A stretch of DNA of 63,187 bases, counting the filler, from Sluysia triapertura (Eukaryota), in assembly GCA_046118255.1 (NCBI GenBank). It is 4 parts of 4 records of this genome, joined end to end, with 100 filler letters (N's around TTAATTAATTAA, not from the genome) between each part and the next. Parts side by side here need not be neighbours in the genome. Positions count along the whole stretch, not along the records: positions 50,047 to 63,187 come from JBJNIA010057103.1; 3 more parts are not named here. One strand, 5' to 3'. A program made the position numbers and the translations under genes. Position 1 is the first letter of the stretch, and the number at the start of each line of letters is the position of its first letter. Below the pieces are notes generated by a model. It did not search any database, was not told the origin of the DNA, and saw only the letters and a program-made list of their open reading frames with translations. Positions 51,620 to 63,187 of this stretch are shown here, one piece after another.

Positions 51620-51776
51620 TGTTGGGGTAAAAAGGCCTAAAGTGCCATTTGGTAAAATGGACTATAATAAAATAAAATCGTTAGTCGGGGCTGATAGCTC
51701 AGTGGTAGAGTATCGAACTTCGTAGCTAAAGGTCCCGGGTTCGATCCCCGGTCAGTCCATTTTACGAAGTCTAACT
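51620..51776 (+). mobile_element. 157-bp tRNA-containing LTR-like element, possible 3' LTR
   Basis: TGTTGGGGTAAAAAGGCCTAAAGTGCC...GAAGTCTAACT with intact A and B boxes. Flanks are AAAT/AAAC (imperfect). Confidence 0.88.
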
Positions 51777-54080
51777 AAACCAATAAGTTCAATAAATATG
51801 ATAACATATTCTTTTAATGTACAAAACCATCTAATACAAAATATTAAATTTAATCAAAGATGGGTAAAATCACTTATAGATACAAGTTCAAATAATCCAT
51901 TATTAATTATAATATATTAAATGCAGTAGAAATTAATATGTTTCATACGATTATTTACAGTAGATCTTATTTAACGGTATATTACAATGTCAACTAACAA
52001 TCCTAGATGTAGATTTATTCGTAACAATATTAGCTTGGAATAGGTGCCTATATGAGATTATAATAGGTATGGATGTATTAAGTATATTGGAAAATGTTGT
52101 AATACATGGAAGTGTAGAGGTATTTTTAGATATAATAATTGGATAAAAAATAAATGTATTTTGAATTGAAATTATCATTAAATTAATTTTTATTTTGAAA
52201 TATTGTAAAATAAAATTATTATTTATTAAAACAAATAAATATTTAAAATTATCACTTATTAAAAAATTTATTATTATTATTAGTATTACTATTAAAACAA
52301 ATAAATATTAATAGCTAAATATTACCATAACTACTGTTTGTTGCTAAATACAAAAAAAGTATAAAAAGAACAAAATTTTATAGATTTGTCACACATAAAA
52401 AAGAGGAAAATATCGATAACAATTATAATTATTTCAAGGAGAAAAAGAAGACATTGACAAAAAATTTTAATCATATTGATAAAGCATCATATTTGAGATT
52501 GTAATTTATAAAAAACGCAGCAGTTTAATTATTTATTTGGAAAAAACTTTCAGTTTAATCGTTAGTTTTAAGAGAAATTTTAATTTAAACATAAAATTTA
52601 CGTAATTTTAAATTAAGCATTTTACTAAATTCTATATACCATATAAAATCGTTTCAAAAAATTTAAATAACTAAATATTAATTAATAAAATTAATATTAT
52701 TAACCATTCCTTATATTTCTTGTATATTACTACTAAAATCGAACATTTGACACATTATAAATTTACAATTTTGTAACTAAATTAGAGTTGAATTAAAAAA
52801 TTCTTATAAGAATTATAATCGAATTAATATTTTTTATATCAAAGTTGATTTACCTTTATTATATTGTGTGTTATAATGTATACAGTTTTGTTATATACTT
52901 ACTTGATTTAAAACTTTTAGCACTAACTGTTTTTCTAAAGTTTATTATTGATTTAATTTAAAATTAACTTAACATTTTTGTATCTAAAGGTTTACACTAT
53001 TATTATCTTGTATAATTGTTTTAGTTTGAGTATAATATTTGGTGTTTATTAATAAATAATCTTAATATTAAAGCGTGTATTTTCTTTTGATATTGAGTAA
53101 GGTAAATTTTAAATAATTGAATTGATATTTTATAATACTTATTCTCTAAATTAGAATAAGATATTCGTCAAGAAAATTTAATAGTATCTAGATTTAGTAA
53201 ATCGGCAGAATCAGGAATAAACATAAGTAAAAACTTCCAATCCTTATCTTTCTTTGAAGCTGCAAATCCATGTGCTGGCTCTTCAGTGAGTAAGTCCAGT
53301 ATCATAGAAAACTTACGTTTCAGATAAGATATTTAATATCATAACAAATTTCAACAGAAGATTAGGATTCTTTAGTATTCCTTTAGGCACACATGTAGTA
53401 TTACCACAATTAGTTTTACCTCCAAAGACAAGAGCAATGCAATCATTATCACAAAATTATCAAATTTCTTCACTAAATCCACCAATACCACCATCACCAA
53501 CTCCAAATTGGGATTGGTGGGACACCACAGTTTCTTCGACTTCTGGTTTAGGAACAGATAATGGTAATAAAAATAGTAATCATAGTAGCAGTATAATGTT
53601 TATAAGAGGAATTCTAAATAATAAATAATGAATATAATAACTTTTATATTAATGTTATTTCAATTATCAGCCATGATAATGCATTATCCGGCAAACCTAA
53701 CAAGTTATACCGATATTAAACAAGAAATTTTTCTAACAAATATTTTAAATCGATTTTGGACAACAGAATAGACAACAATTTAGATATTTATTGCATCTCT
53801 TTAAAACCATTATTAATAAAAAAACCTTTGTTAATAGATGATATCTATCATTGTGAACACTCAATCTATTTTACTGCAATAATAGGATTTTCGTTTTATA
53901 ATAGCAAATTGATAACAATAAATTTTACAGATGTACTTAATAAACAATGTTATAAGGAAACTTAAATTATACTAACAACTATAACGAGCAATAGGGAAAG
54001 CACAACAAGTAAAGAAATAAGCACGGGTACAATAATTAAAAAGAATGGAAACAATATAAATAATATCCTTATAATAGTAC

Positions 54081-54237
54081 TGTTGGGGTAAAAGGCCTAA
54101 AGTGCCATTTGGTAGAATTGACTATAATAAAATAAATTTGTTAGACGGGGCTGATAGCTCAGTGGTTGAGCAGTCGAACTGCGCAGCGAGAGGTCCCGGG
54201 TTCGATCCCCGGTCAGTCCATTTTATGAAGTCTAACA
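54081..54237 (+). mobile_element. 157-bp solo-LTR-like element containing a tRNA-like unit; TSD GTAC
   Basis: GTAC|TGTTGGGGTAAAAGGCC...GAAGTCTAACA|GTAC. Confidence 0.92.
54148..54220 (+). tRNA. tRNA-like sequence (73 nt, isotype not assignable)
   Basis: Acceptor GGGCTGA/TCAGTCC, D stem GCTC/GAGC, T stem CCGGG/CCCGG with TTCGATC loop, and TTTT at 54221-54224. The 18-nt anticodon arm has only 3 plausible pairs. Confidence 0.75.
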
Positions 54238-54336
54238 GTACTTTTAATATTTACTATAATATACATGCTATTTACCACTTATTGTATTCTTATTTGTAAT
54301 AGAATCCTAAGAGCTAATAATATACGACGAGATATA

Positions 54337-54793
54337 ATGTTAATTACCATGCTATCATTAGTGTCAATGGCAAATGGATCACAAAGGGTCTATAGATCAA
54401 AATACTTTGATTTTTACAATTGCGATACAAAAGTACAAATTAAAATTACAAATACAAATAAAGAAGCACATTACACATGCATTAATCCAGCAAAACTCAA
54501 TTTTAGTATATGGGAAACTCATCAACATGCAATACCTAATATGGAATACCCTGTTACAATTTGTAAGGACTTTTTGCTTTCCGAAGATAGACACATAGTA
54601 ATATTTATAAAAATCAAGCCAAAATCATTAAATAACTTCACTACACAATACAAGGTAACAGAAAAGAATCAACAATTATAAACTCATTACGAAAGGATCC
54701 ATTATTGGCAATTTTAATAATTGCAGCAACTTTATTTATTATTGCTTTAATCATAACCTTATTCGTCATCATACTCTTTATAATGAATAAATG
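54337..54793 (+). pseudogene. Small secreted/type-I membrane protein with a frameshift before the TM
   Basis: Signal-like MLITMLSLVSMANG, a Cys-containing beta-rich segment, then in another frame LLAILIIAATLFIIALIITLFVIILFI. Confidence 0.35.
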
Positions 54794-57689
54794 AAGTTAT
54801 TCAAATTTTTCATCTAATAATGTCATTATTAAGTACCAAGAATCAATAGATTTTATTCTGATCCAGGATCACCATTACTACCAATAATGCCATTTCCATT
54901 ATACGAATAAAATACTGACTTAAGATTACCTATACATTATAATGAAATTCAAATGTCAGTTTTACTATGTATTTGTTTAACATGTATAACCACTACGTAT
55001 TCAACAAATAAGTTAAGAAAATGTTTTACAATGATATTCAGTTATCTATACAAGGCAAAACCGAAGAAATCATAGCTATCGTTAAAAATATGAATGGAAA
55101 ATTAATTTACTTATCCATAAGACGCTATCTAGAAAATCAATGTACTGCTTCGACAACTCCTTATAAAACAATAAAACAGTGGATCATAACTTGTGAAGAA
55201 TTATTCGAGTCTCAATTATATAAAGTCAAAATAACAATAGAGTTAATAAACAGATTAATACATACGCAGTATCATTGGATAAGAACCAAACCATATTTAT
55301 TTTTTGATCATTTTAGTAAATAATGGATGAATTGTTCTTTTGCAGCAACAATTGACAGGAATAATTTAGTTAAAATGACCAACACGTTATTAAACAATTC
55401 AATCGCCACAAAACATCGTATTAATAAAGTTTTCATTCTAGAGTTAATACCACCTAGGTTAACAATTAGAATAGATTACCATGCAAAATCAACATTCCCG
55501 ATTATATATGTTTGGATATTTTTCATTAATGAAACATTTAAGATGAACCGTATTTGGCTTGGATGACCATTTAATTTAGTAGTACCAATCATTAATGAAA
55601 TTAAGGAAGATACGTTGAATAAGTATAACAATCAGTATACATATTTGCTGATTTGTGTTGGTTTTTTGCTTTTTTGTTTATATTTATTCATTTCACTTTT
55701 AATAAAATTTTACGTTTTTTCGTTCTTTCGACATTCCCACTTTATTCTTAATATTTTTGGTCTGCCAATTAAATATGAAAAACTCAGATCCGCATGTTTC
55801 ACTTTTAATTTAATTTAGCCTTTTAAGATGATTATTTTGAATTTACTTTTTATTTGAGACGTGCATTAAGCCTGTACCAAAAATTCATATTTGAAGTACA
55901 GTTAACACTAAAATAAACATTAATGAATATCATTTGACCTTCAATATTAATCTTGTTTAACTAATTTGTGTCAATGTGCCAAAATATTTGTTAAATGTCA
56001 AGTTGTAATTTTATTTTAATTATTCGTTAATTTCTTTATTCATTTTGGAATAACGTGAAATAAATCATTTATTTATTCAAATAAATCTAATCTATTTACT
56101 TGAACATTGGAATTAATATAAAAAACTTTAAATATAAATATAATTGTATGATAACATATGTTACAGACGCCACTTAATTTTTATTTGATATTAACCGATA
56201 ACGTATTGATTGTACTTTAAATTTGTTAACATTAAAAAAATTAATCAGATTACAATTTCAAAAGTAACTTATTTTTATTTAGTTTTATTTGTAAGTAACT
56301 AAATATAAAAATAAAATAGTTTTTCTATAATCTTATCTAAAGAATTATTATGAATATAAAAATTATCTAAAAATAAACTTTAATTTTGAGAAAAAGCAAA
56401 TTCCATAATTGTAAGACAATTATTTTAAAAATTTAGAATAAACATTAAACGTAAATAATCGAAAATGTGAAGTTAGACGGATATATAAAGATCATTCATT
56501 AATTACAAACACGTTTTTTCTGTTAAACATGGTAATTGGTAATTTTATCAGCCAAGGAAGATAAATACCTAAGACTAAAGTAATTTTATATCTGAGAAGT
56601 CAGACACATGTTTATTGATTTATATTAAAATGACTCAGAGTATATCTGAATGACCCAAATTCATTTCAAAATGAATAATATTTATTTATCATAGATCGGT
56701 TCGACATCATATAGTCGATATATAATAGAAAAATAATAATATAATAATTTATCAAAGGATTTAAAAATTTTATAATTAAAATAAAGAAAGTTTCAAAGTT
56801 GGAAATTTGTTATTGGTTATAAAATCTCATAAAATGGCTGTAGTCGCTCAAACTTTTACTAACGATCTTATAACGTAATATAGCATATCATTTTTGTACA
56901 AAACTTCACATAATACCGTACTGAAAAAAAATTTACAAAATTGATCAAATCAAATTGTTCCTGTTCAAAATAGTAGCTTTAAGTAATAGTAAAACTATTA
57001 CTCTCCCTCATTTTTCTTTTTGCTGTAGTTTTTTAACTCTTGACTTAAACCAAAATAAATTTTATTAGGATCCAGTTACATTATACAGCTTACGCAAAAA
57101 TGGCGTACCTTAACTTCGTATCTTTCATTTTACTTTACTTCGCTCAAATTTATCGAATTTTTACTTATGGATTTAACAAGCGTCTATTGCTATGTTAAAC
57201 TAATGAAACTAACTATATTAAACTATATTAGCCATGTTAAACTAATTACTTGAATTATTCTTAAGTTAGATAATAACTGAAAGGTCTTAAATTTCTAATA
57301 CCTTATTCAATTAATTACAAAAACAATTTTCAATTATTAATATTTTATTATAATAACATAATTAAATAAAAGAAGTCTAACAGTATTTATCAGATTGTAG
57401 TGATTCAAAACCTTTATGTAAGGTTATTTGTTGATAAATAAATGATAATAATATTAAAAATAATATAACAACAATAATTATTATTATAATAATTATAATA
57501 GTTAATAGTTAATTTTAATAGTTAAACAAATAACCTGGGTAATATACCTGAAATACAAATATTAATTATTAGAATAAATAAAACACTTACTCGAATAATC
57601 TTACTTGAATTACCTAAATGAAAAATAATTACAAAAATTTTTAAAATAAATAAAAATTACTTAATATTAATTAATTTTAAAATTTGTCA

Positions 57690-60365
57690 AATTTCTAATT
57701 GACACTGGAGCTGCCGTGTCTGTAATACCACATCGTTTTATTAGAAATACGTTACAAAGACCTTCATTCCTCACAACAGTAAATGGGACAACAGTTACCT
57801 GCTTTGGCTCCAGAAAATTACAATTTAAATTACCGCATTTTAATAAGGTATTCGAATGGACTTTTATAATCGCCGCAGCACAACAACCGATAATAAGAGC
57901 AGATTTTCTTACCCACTATAAACTCCTAGTGGATTTCCACAATAAAACTTTAACTAAGTCCTTCGAACCACTTAATCATATTAAAATAAAACTAGAAGAC
58001 CTCAAGACCTAAATCTGAACACTTTATCAAAACTGTACCTGCACCACCGTGCAGACAACGACGACGAGAACTAGCACAAAAAATACGTTTTCAGGCAGGG
58101 ACAGAATTCCTTGAAATGGAAAGACAAGGAATAGTGCGGCGTTGTTCTTCATGGACCGCACCTCTGCAAATCGTCAAAAAGAAAGATGGGACAATAAGGA
58201 TATGTGGTGACTGCTGAATGCTCAACAAAGTCACTGTTCCAGACACTAATTCCACTCATAACAAACATCCGGCATAGATTTTCTGGTTGTACAATTTTCT
58301 CTTCAATAGACCTCACAATAGACCTTACCATCAAATCTCAGTACATACTGAGGATATACCTAAAACAGCCATTACAAGTCTTTTCGGTTTGTTCGAATAT
58401 ATAAGAATGCCTTTCGGTCTAATAAATGCACTACAAACATCGTTCAAGGCTTAACTTTCGCCACAGCCTACATCGATGACATCATAATTGCTTCTAGATA
58501 TTTCAGGCAATATCAAACACATCTGGAACAAGTATTCCAAAGACTATCCGACAATAATTTAATCATCAAAATCAGCAAATAGCAATTTTTCAAAAATAAA
58601 ATCACTTTTCTAGGATACAATCCCTTTGACGGGATAGAACCGCTCGAAACTAGGTACAACAGTAATAAGATACTTCTCGCAACCCAAGACTGTCACACAA
58701 ACGCGGAGTTTCTTAGGCCTAGTAAATTATTGTCGACGCTTCATTCCGAAACTGTCAGAAATCATTGCACCATTAACAGTTCTCTCCTTGGGAAAGGAGA
58801 ATCAACAACTCAATTGGAATACTAAATCTCTCGAAGCTTCGACTAAACCAAACAAGCAATTATAAAAATGGCAAGTTTAGCATTTCCACTACAACACTTA
58901 CCGTTCACCTTAAAAACAGATACTTCAAATACAGCAATAGGTGGGGTACTTGTTCAAAATCAAAATCGAATTTTACTCAAATAAACTTTCTGCACAAGAA
59001 ACACGATATTCGGCATTCGACCGTGAATTGCTCGCCACTTATATTTCCATTAAATATTTCGAGTACTTATTACTGCCAAAGCAATTCACACTTAGAACAG
59101 ACCACAAACCGTTGTTGCACATATTCACAATGAAAAACCCCACACCAAGACATCAACGGCATATTAGCTACTTGTTTTGGTTCAACTTTAGCAGAGAATT
59201 CAATCCTGAACAAGAAAATGTGGTCGCCCATGCATTATCAAGTGTTGGTCTAAGCAGCATCGAGTTGCAGTCAATATTCACTGTTGAAGATTTACAAAAT
59301 AACCCACTATATAGTCTAGAAATTTCCGAATTCTCAGTAAAACCTTCGTTACATGACAGAATTTTCTGACTATCAATTTTCAGGTACTTCTCGACCCATT
59401 CTAGGACAACAGCTCCGAACCAAAGCTTTCGAATATATTCATAATATGATACGTACTGGAGCTAATGCCACATACGAAATCCTACGTTCAAAAGTAATAT
59501 GGCCTTTAATGACCAAGACATCAAACACTGGTGCAAATCATGTTGACTGGTCAATCTGTGAAAATACACAAAAATATAAAACCTAAAACACTTCACTTCC
59601 CCACAGGCCAACTCTTCGATACAATAAGTATGGAAATAGTCGGTCCACTACCACAATCACACGGTTATACATATATCTTAACCATATTTGATGGCCAGAA
59701 GCGTTTCCAATCAGATCAATTACAACGGACATCATATCCAGAATTCTAATCACAAACCGGATTTCACGCTTTGGTGTACCTAAAAGAATTATCACAGATA
59801 AAGGAACTCAATTTGAGTCTAGCCTATTTAACAACTTACTCAAACAACTAGGCAGTGCTAGACTACAAACAAATTCATCCCATCCACAATCCAACGATAT
59901 GATAGACATAATCCATAGAACTCTTAAAAACTCTTTACGCGCATTATCAATACACTATAAAATTAGTGGTCAACTCATTACCACTAATTTTATTAGGTTT
60001 GCGAAATATCCTACGCTCTTCAACCGGATATTCACCAGCCCAAATAGTCCTAGGAACTCATATAAAACTACCCTTCGAAATATTCGAAAATGATAACCCT
60101 ACCGAAAAAAATATACTCACCACTCTTGCGGCAATATTTTAATGAACTGAACAAAACAAACATTCATAATGAAAGACCTCATATTCCAAAAGATATTACT
60201 GACAGTAAATTTGTCTGGCTCAAGTTAGAAAATCCAAAATCACTTCAACCACGATACACCGGGTCCATACAAAGTCATCCAATTCAATTCAAATAACAAT
60301 ACAGCTTCAATCGATATCCATGGAAAAGCTAAAGCAATCAAATGGTGTAAACTTAAATCCGTTGC
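57690..60365 (+). pseudogene. pol: Ty3/gypsy pol pseudogene (PR-RT-RNaseH-IN)
   Basis: FLIDTGAAVSVIP, WTAPLQIVKKKDGTIRICGD, MPFGL, YIDDIIIAS, YSAFDRELLA, TDHKPL, IVGPLPQSHGYTYILT, RFGVPKRIITDKGTQFES, HPQSN and LQPRYTG, in gypsy domain order with many frameshifts. Confidence 0.97.
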
Positions 60366-63187
60366 AATTCTAATAGAAAAAGAATCTAAGAAGAATCTAA
60401 GCAACAAGGAAATATCATCAACCTTATTAAATAAACAAGGTTTACACAAAATTAAATTATCCGGTACAGACCCCATTCAACTTTAAACAACCCTTCGCTC
60501 CGCTTCTTCAAAGGGAGTTCAACCTTACCTTTCAGAATTTTAGTACATAATAACACAGTAAAGTTCATAATTCTTCAATTTCATCAAAAATCATTAAATT
60601 TACATTTCAATTCTAAAATATTATAAAATAAGTGGAATTTCTTTTAACACCTTTAATTTTTCCAAAACTCTTGTATGATATCCCTTCATAATTTTATGAT
60701 TTTATTATTTTTTTACATTTTTATTATTTTCTTTTTAATAATAAATTAGTAGATTCTCATTCACATATTACACATTCATTAGTCATGTCACTACTCACCT
60801 AAGCATTCCTAATGATCAAAATTGTTTACTTCATTCAAACATTATCGAATACCCTATTAATCAGTAATTTACTGCGCTCTTCTTACTCAGATTTTAGAAC
60901 ACATCAATTATAAAAAATTAGAAAGTAATTTAGGAGTAATCACGAAACTTTTAAATCTTTCAGTTAACACACTTCAAGAATAACACACTTCAAGACTAGC
61001 AAATTAACTGAAACATTTATAGAATCAGAAACTACAAAAAATGTACTTATTCAACAAGATGTAAGTAACACATAAGCAATATGAAATTATTATTGCGATA
61101 TTCAAAGAAACTGATGACAGATCAAACATAGGATTCATGGACAAATAATCGAATAAAATTGCTAAAGCTTAATTGAGATAAAAGAGTAAGAATCAAATCT
61201 AAAGAAAGAAACATTAGTAAAAGTTACATTAAGAAATCTATAAAGAAGGAGAATATATGTCGTAATAAGAAATTTATGAATTTATTTATTTTATTCATTA
61301 AAGAAATATGTTTTAAAGTTACTAAATTCTAAGAAAAGACAACAAGAATATTTAAAAAGATGTTAAGAATTTATGTTATTTCATTTTATTATTACTAATT
61401 CTATTCATTTATAATTATAATAATAATAATAATTATTATCATTACTATTTATTATTAATGTTATTTTATTTTTTTATTATTTTATTTTATTATAATTATT
61501 TCCATTATCACCATTATTATTTTCAAATTTTAATGAAATTATCTGTTAATATTAATTGCCTACCAACAGTTTTGATTATGTAGCCTTTTGATTTGAGTTG
61601 TTGTCTCTCAAGCATTGACAGTTCATTAATAACGTAAATTTGCAACAAAAATCAGTGCTCTTTAATTGTCCAACAAATCACATTGTCGTTAGCATTCAAT
61701 GTGATATGATATGCGCAAAATTATCAACAAACTCAATTAGGTTAGTTGCAATCACAATAAAACGTATTAAAAATTTTTAGTAATTATAAAAGTTTGTCTT
61801 TGAAAATGATGTTAAACGAATTGAAAAGAGCAATAAATTTTGAACCTGGTATTATAGATAATGATTTATTCGACTTATTTAATTATTCTAATTTAAATCC
61901 GAATAACGTCATCCATGAAATGAAACATATCTTAAATGATGAAAACTTTTCTATAGAAAACATTAGATTAATCAGAGGTATACCTATTTATATAATCGAT
62001 TTTTATATCATCATTTTCATCATAATGCGAGTAATACAAAACCACCAAATAATCAACATTATATTCTATTATTTTGTAAAGGTGTAAAAAATTTTATTTT
62101 TATATTTTTATTTTGTGTGAAAAATGAAATTATAAAAATTATTAAAATTGCATTATTTTAAAAAATTATTATTTCAATTATAATAAAATCAAAATTATTA
62201 TTATTATAAATTAAAAAATACCCAAAGAGATACTTCTCGGAAGACGTTTGTTTAATTAAATTAAATTTTCAAAATGTCTTTGTGAATATATATAGATATT
62301 GACAAATAAAGAAGTCATCATTAAAAAATATCACAAGTTACTAAATAAAGAAATCATAAGACGCAATTTTTTGTCATAAAGCGAAATAATTTTTAATAAT
62401 TCTACATCGATCATCATCAGTTTGTTAGTATATTCCATAATCCGTCAACTCTTCGATTCAACCTCTACATTACCGCTTGAATCCCGCACATACGATTAGA
62501 GGGATAACGATTTCCAAACATCGACATCACAACAGATCAAGTCCTCTTCGACAAATTATTTCCAGAAGCCGAACTTCGATTTTTCTTATTAATGAAATTT
62601 ATTAAGTTAATTTTACATAGTTGAATACTCAATTGTTGAGTTAAAATTAAGACGTAAATTACTATTTATTCACGGTTGGTCATTAAGGTCACTTATAAAA
62701 TAGTTATTCTAGGGTAGAGTTTTTTTAGCTATACCCTTATTATAATTTAATTATTATCATAATTATCAATTTATCATTTATAAATTTTTGGATTATTAAT
62801 AATCGTTTTTTTATTGAATTTTATATATTTATAATAATTTTATTTTAATCCAAATTTTTGCATAATAAAAGTCTCAAAAGTTTTACGTCTTGTTTTGATA
62901 ATTATTCTGATATTAAAATTACAATTTAGACCTATTTTATAGTTACCTTAATTCTAATAGTGTCGCATTGAATCTAGGAGAAAAACCAAAAGCCCTAACG
63001 GTCATTAAATTAAAATATAAAGAGATAAGGAACGACACAATTTTATACAAATATTATTCACTTGATTTTTATATTAATTCACATAATCCCTAAGTTAGCG
63101 TTGGTCTTAATTAGTTTTTTAAGTTATTTATTGTTAGTTGACATAAACTACGATTTTGCCCATTATTGTTAAGTTAAGGCAAAGAAT

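Noticed and set aside
54148-54220. Functional tRNA gene (e.g. Arg-GCG or Ala)
   Set aside because: The anticodon arm is 18 nt, pairs poorly and differs between copies, and it is embedded in a TSD-flanked repeat.

Overview
Very AT-rich eukaryotic, probably invertebrate-animal, draft scaffold with N gaps, three of which carry an artificial TTAATTAATTAA spacer. GT-AG introns are present and there is no prokaryotic gene organisation. Most of the window is decayed transposons: Ty3/gypsy pol and several gag remnants, a pogo/Tigger element inserted into a Polinton-type PolB pseudogene, a piggyBac transposase pseudogene plus TTAA MITEs, and a Helitron 3' end. Host-like sequence comprises a phase-consistent 3-exon acidic-protein gene, one trypsin-like protease exon and a Dopey/DOP1 N-terminal pseudogene. 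The four most interesting signals are: (1) a family of ~157-160 bp TG...CA elements with 4-bp TSDs carrying a 73-nt tRNA-like Pol III unit, one copy directly behind a gypsy integrase tail; (2) a 2963-bp gag-only element bounded by ~390-bp inverted terminal repeats, TGTT...AACA ends and a 4-bp TSD; (3) two distant copies of a double hairpin with seven compensatory base-pair changes, each just upstream of orphan ORFs; (4) a five-copy leader hairpin with a splice-donor-like GTAAG. All calls come from manual reading and translation, without database searches. Pseudogene boundaries are approximate.
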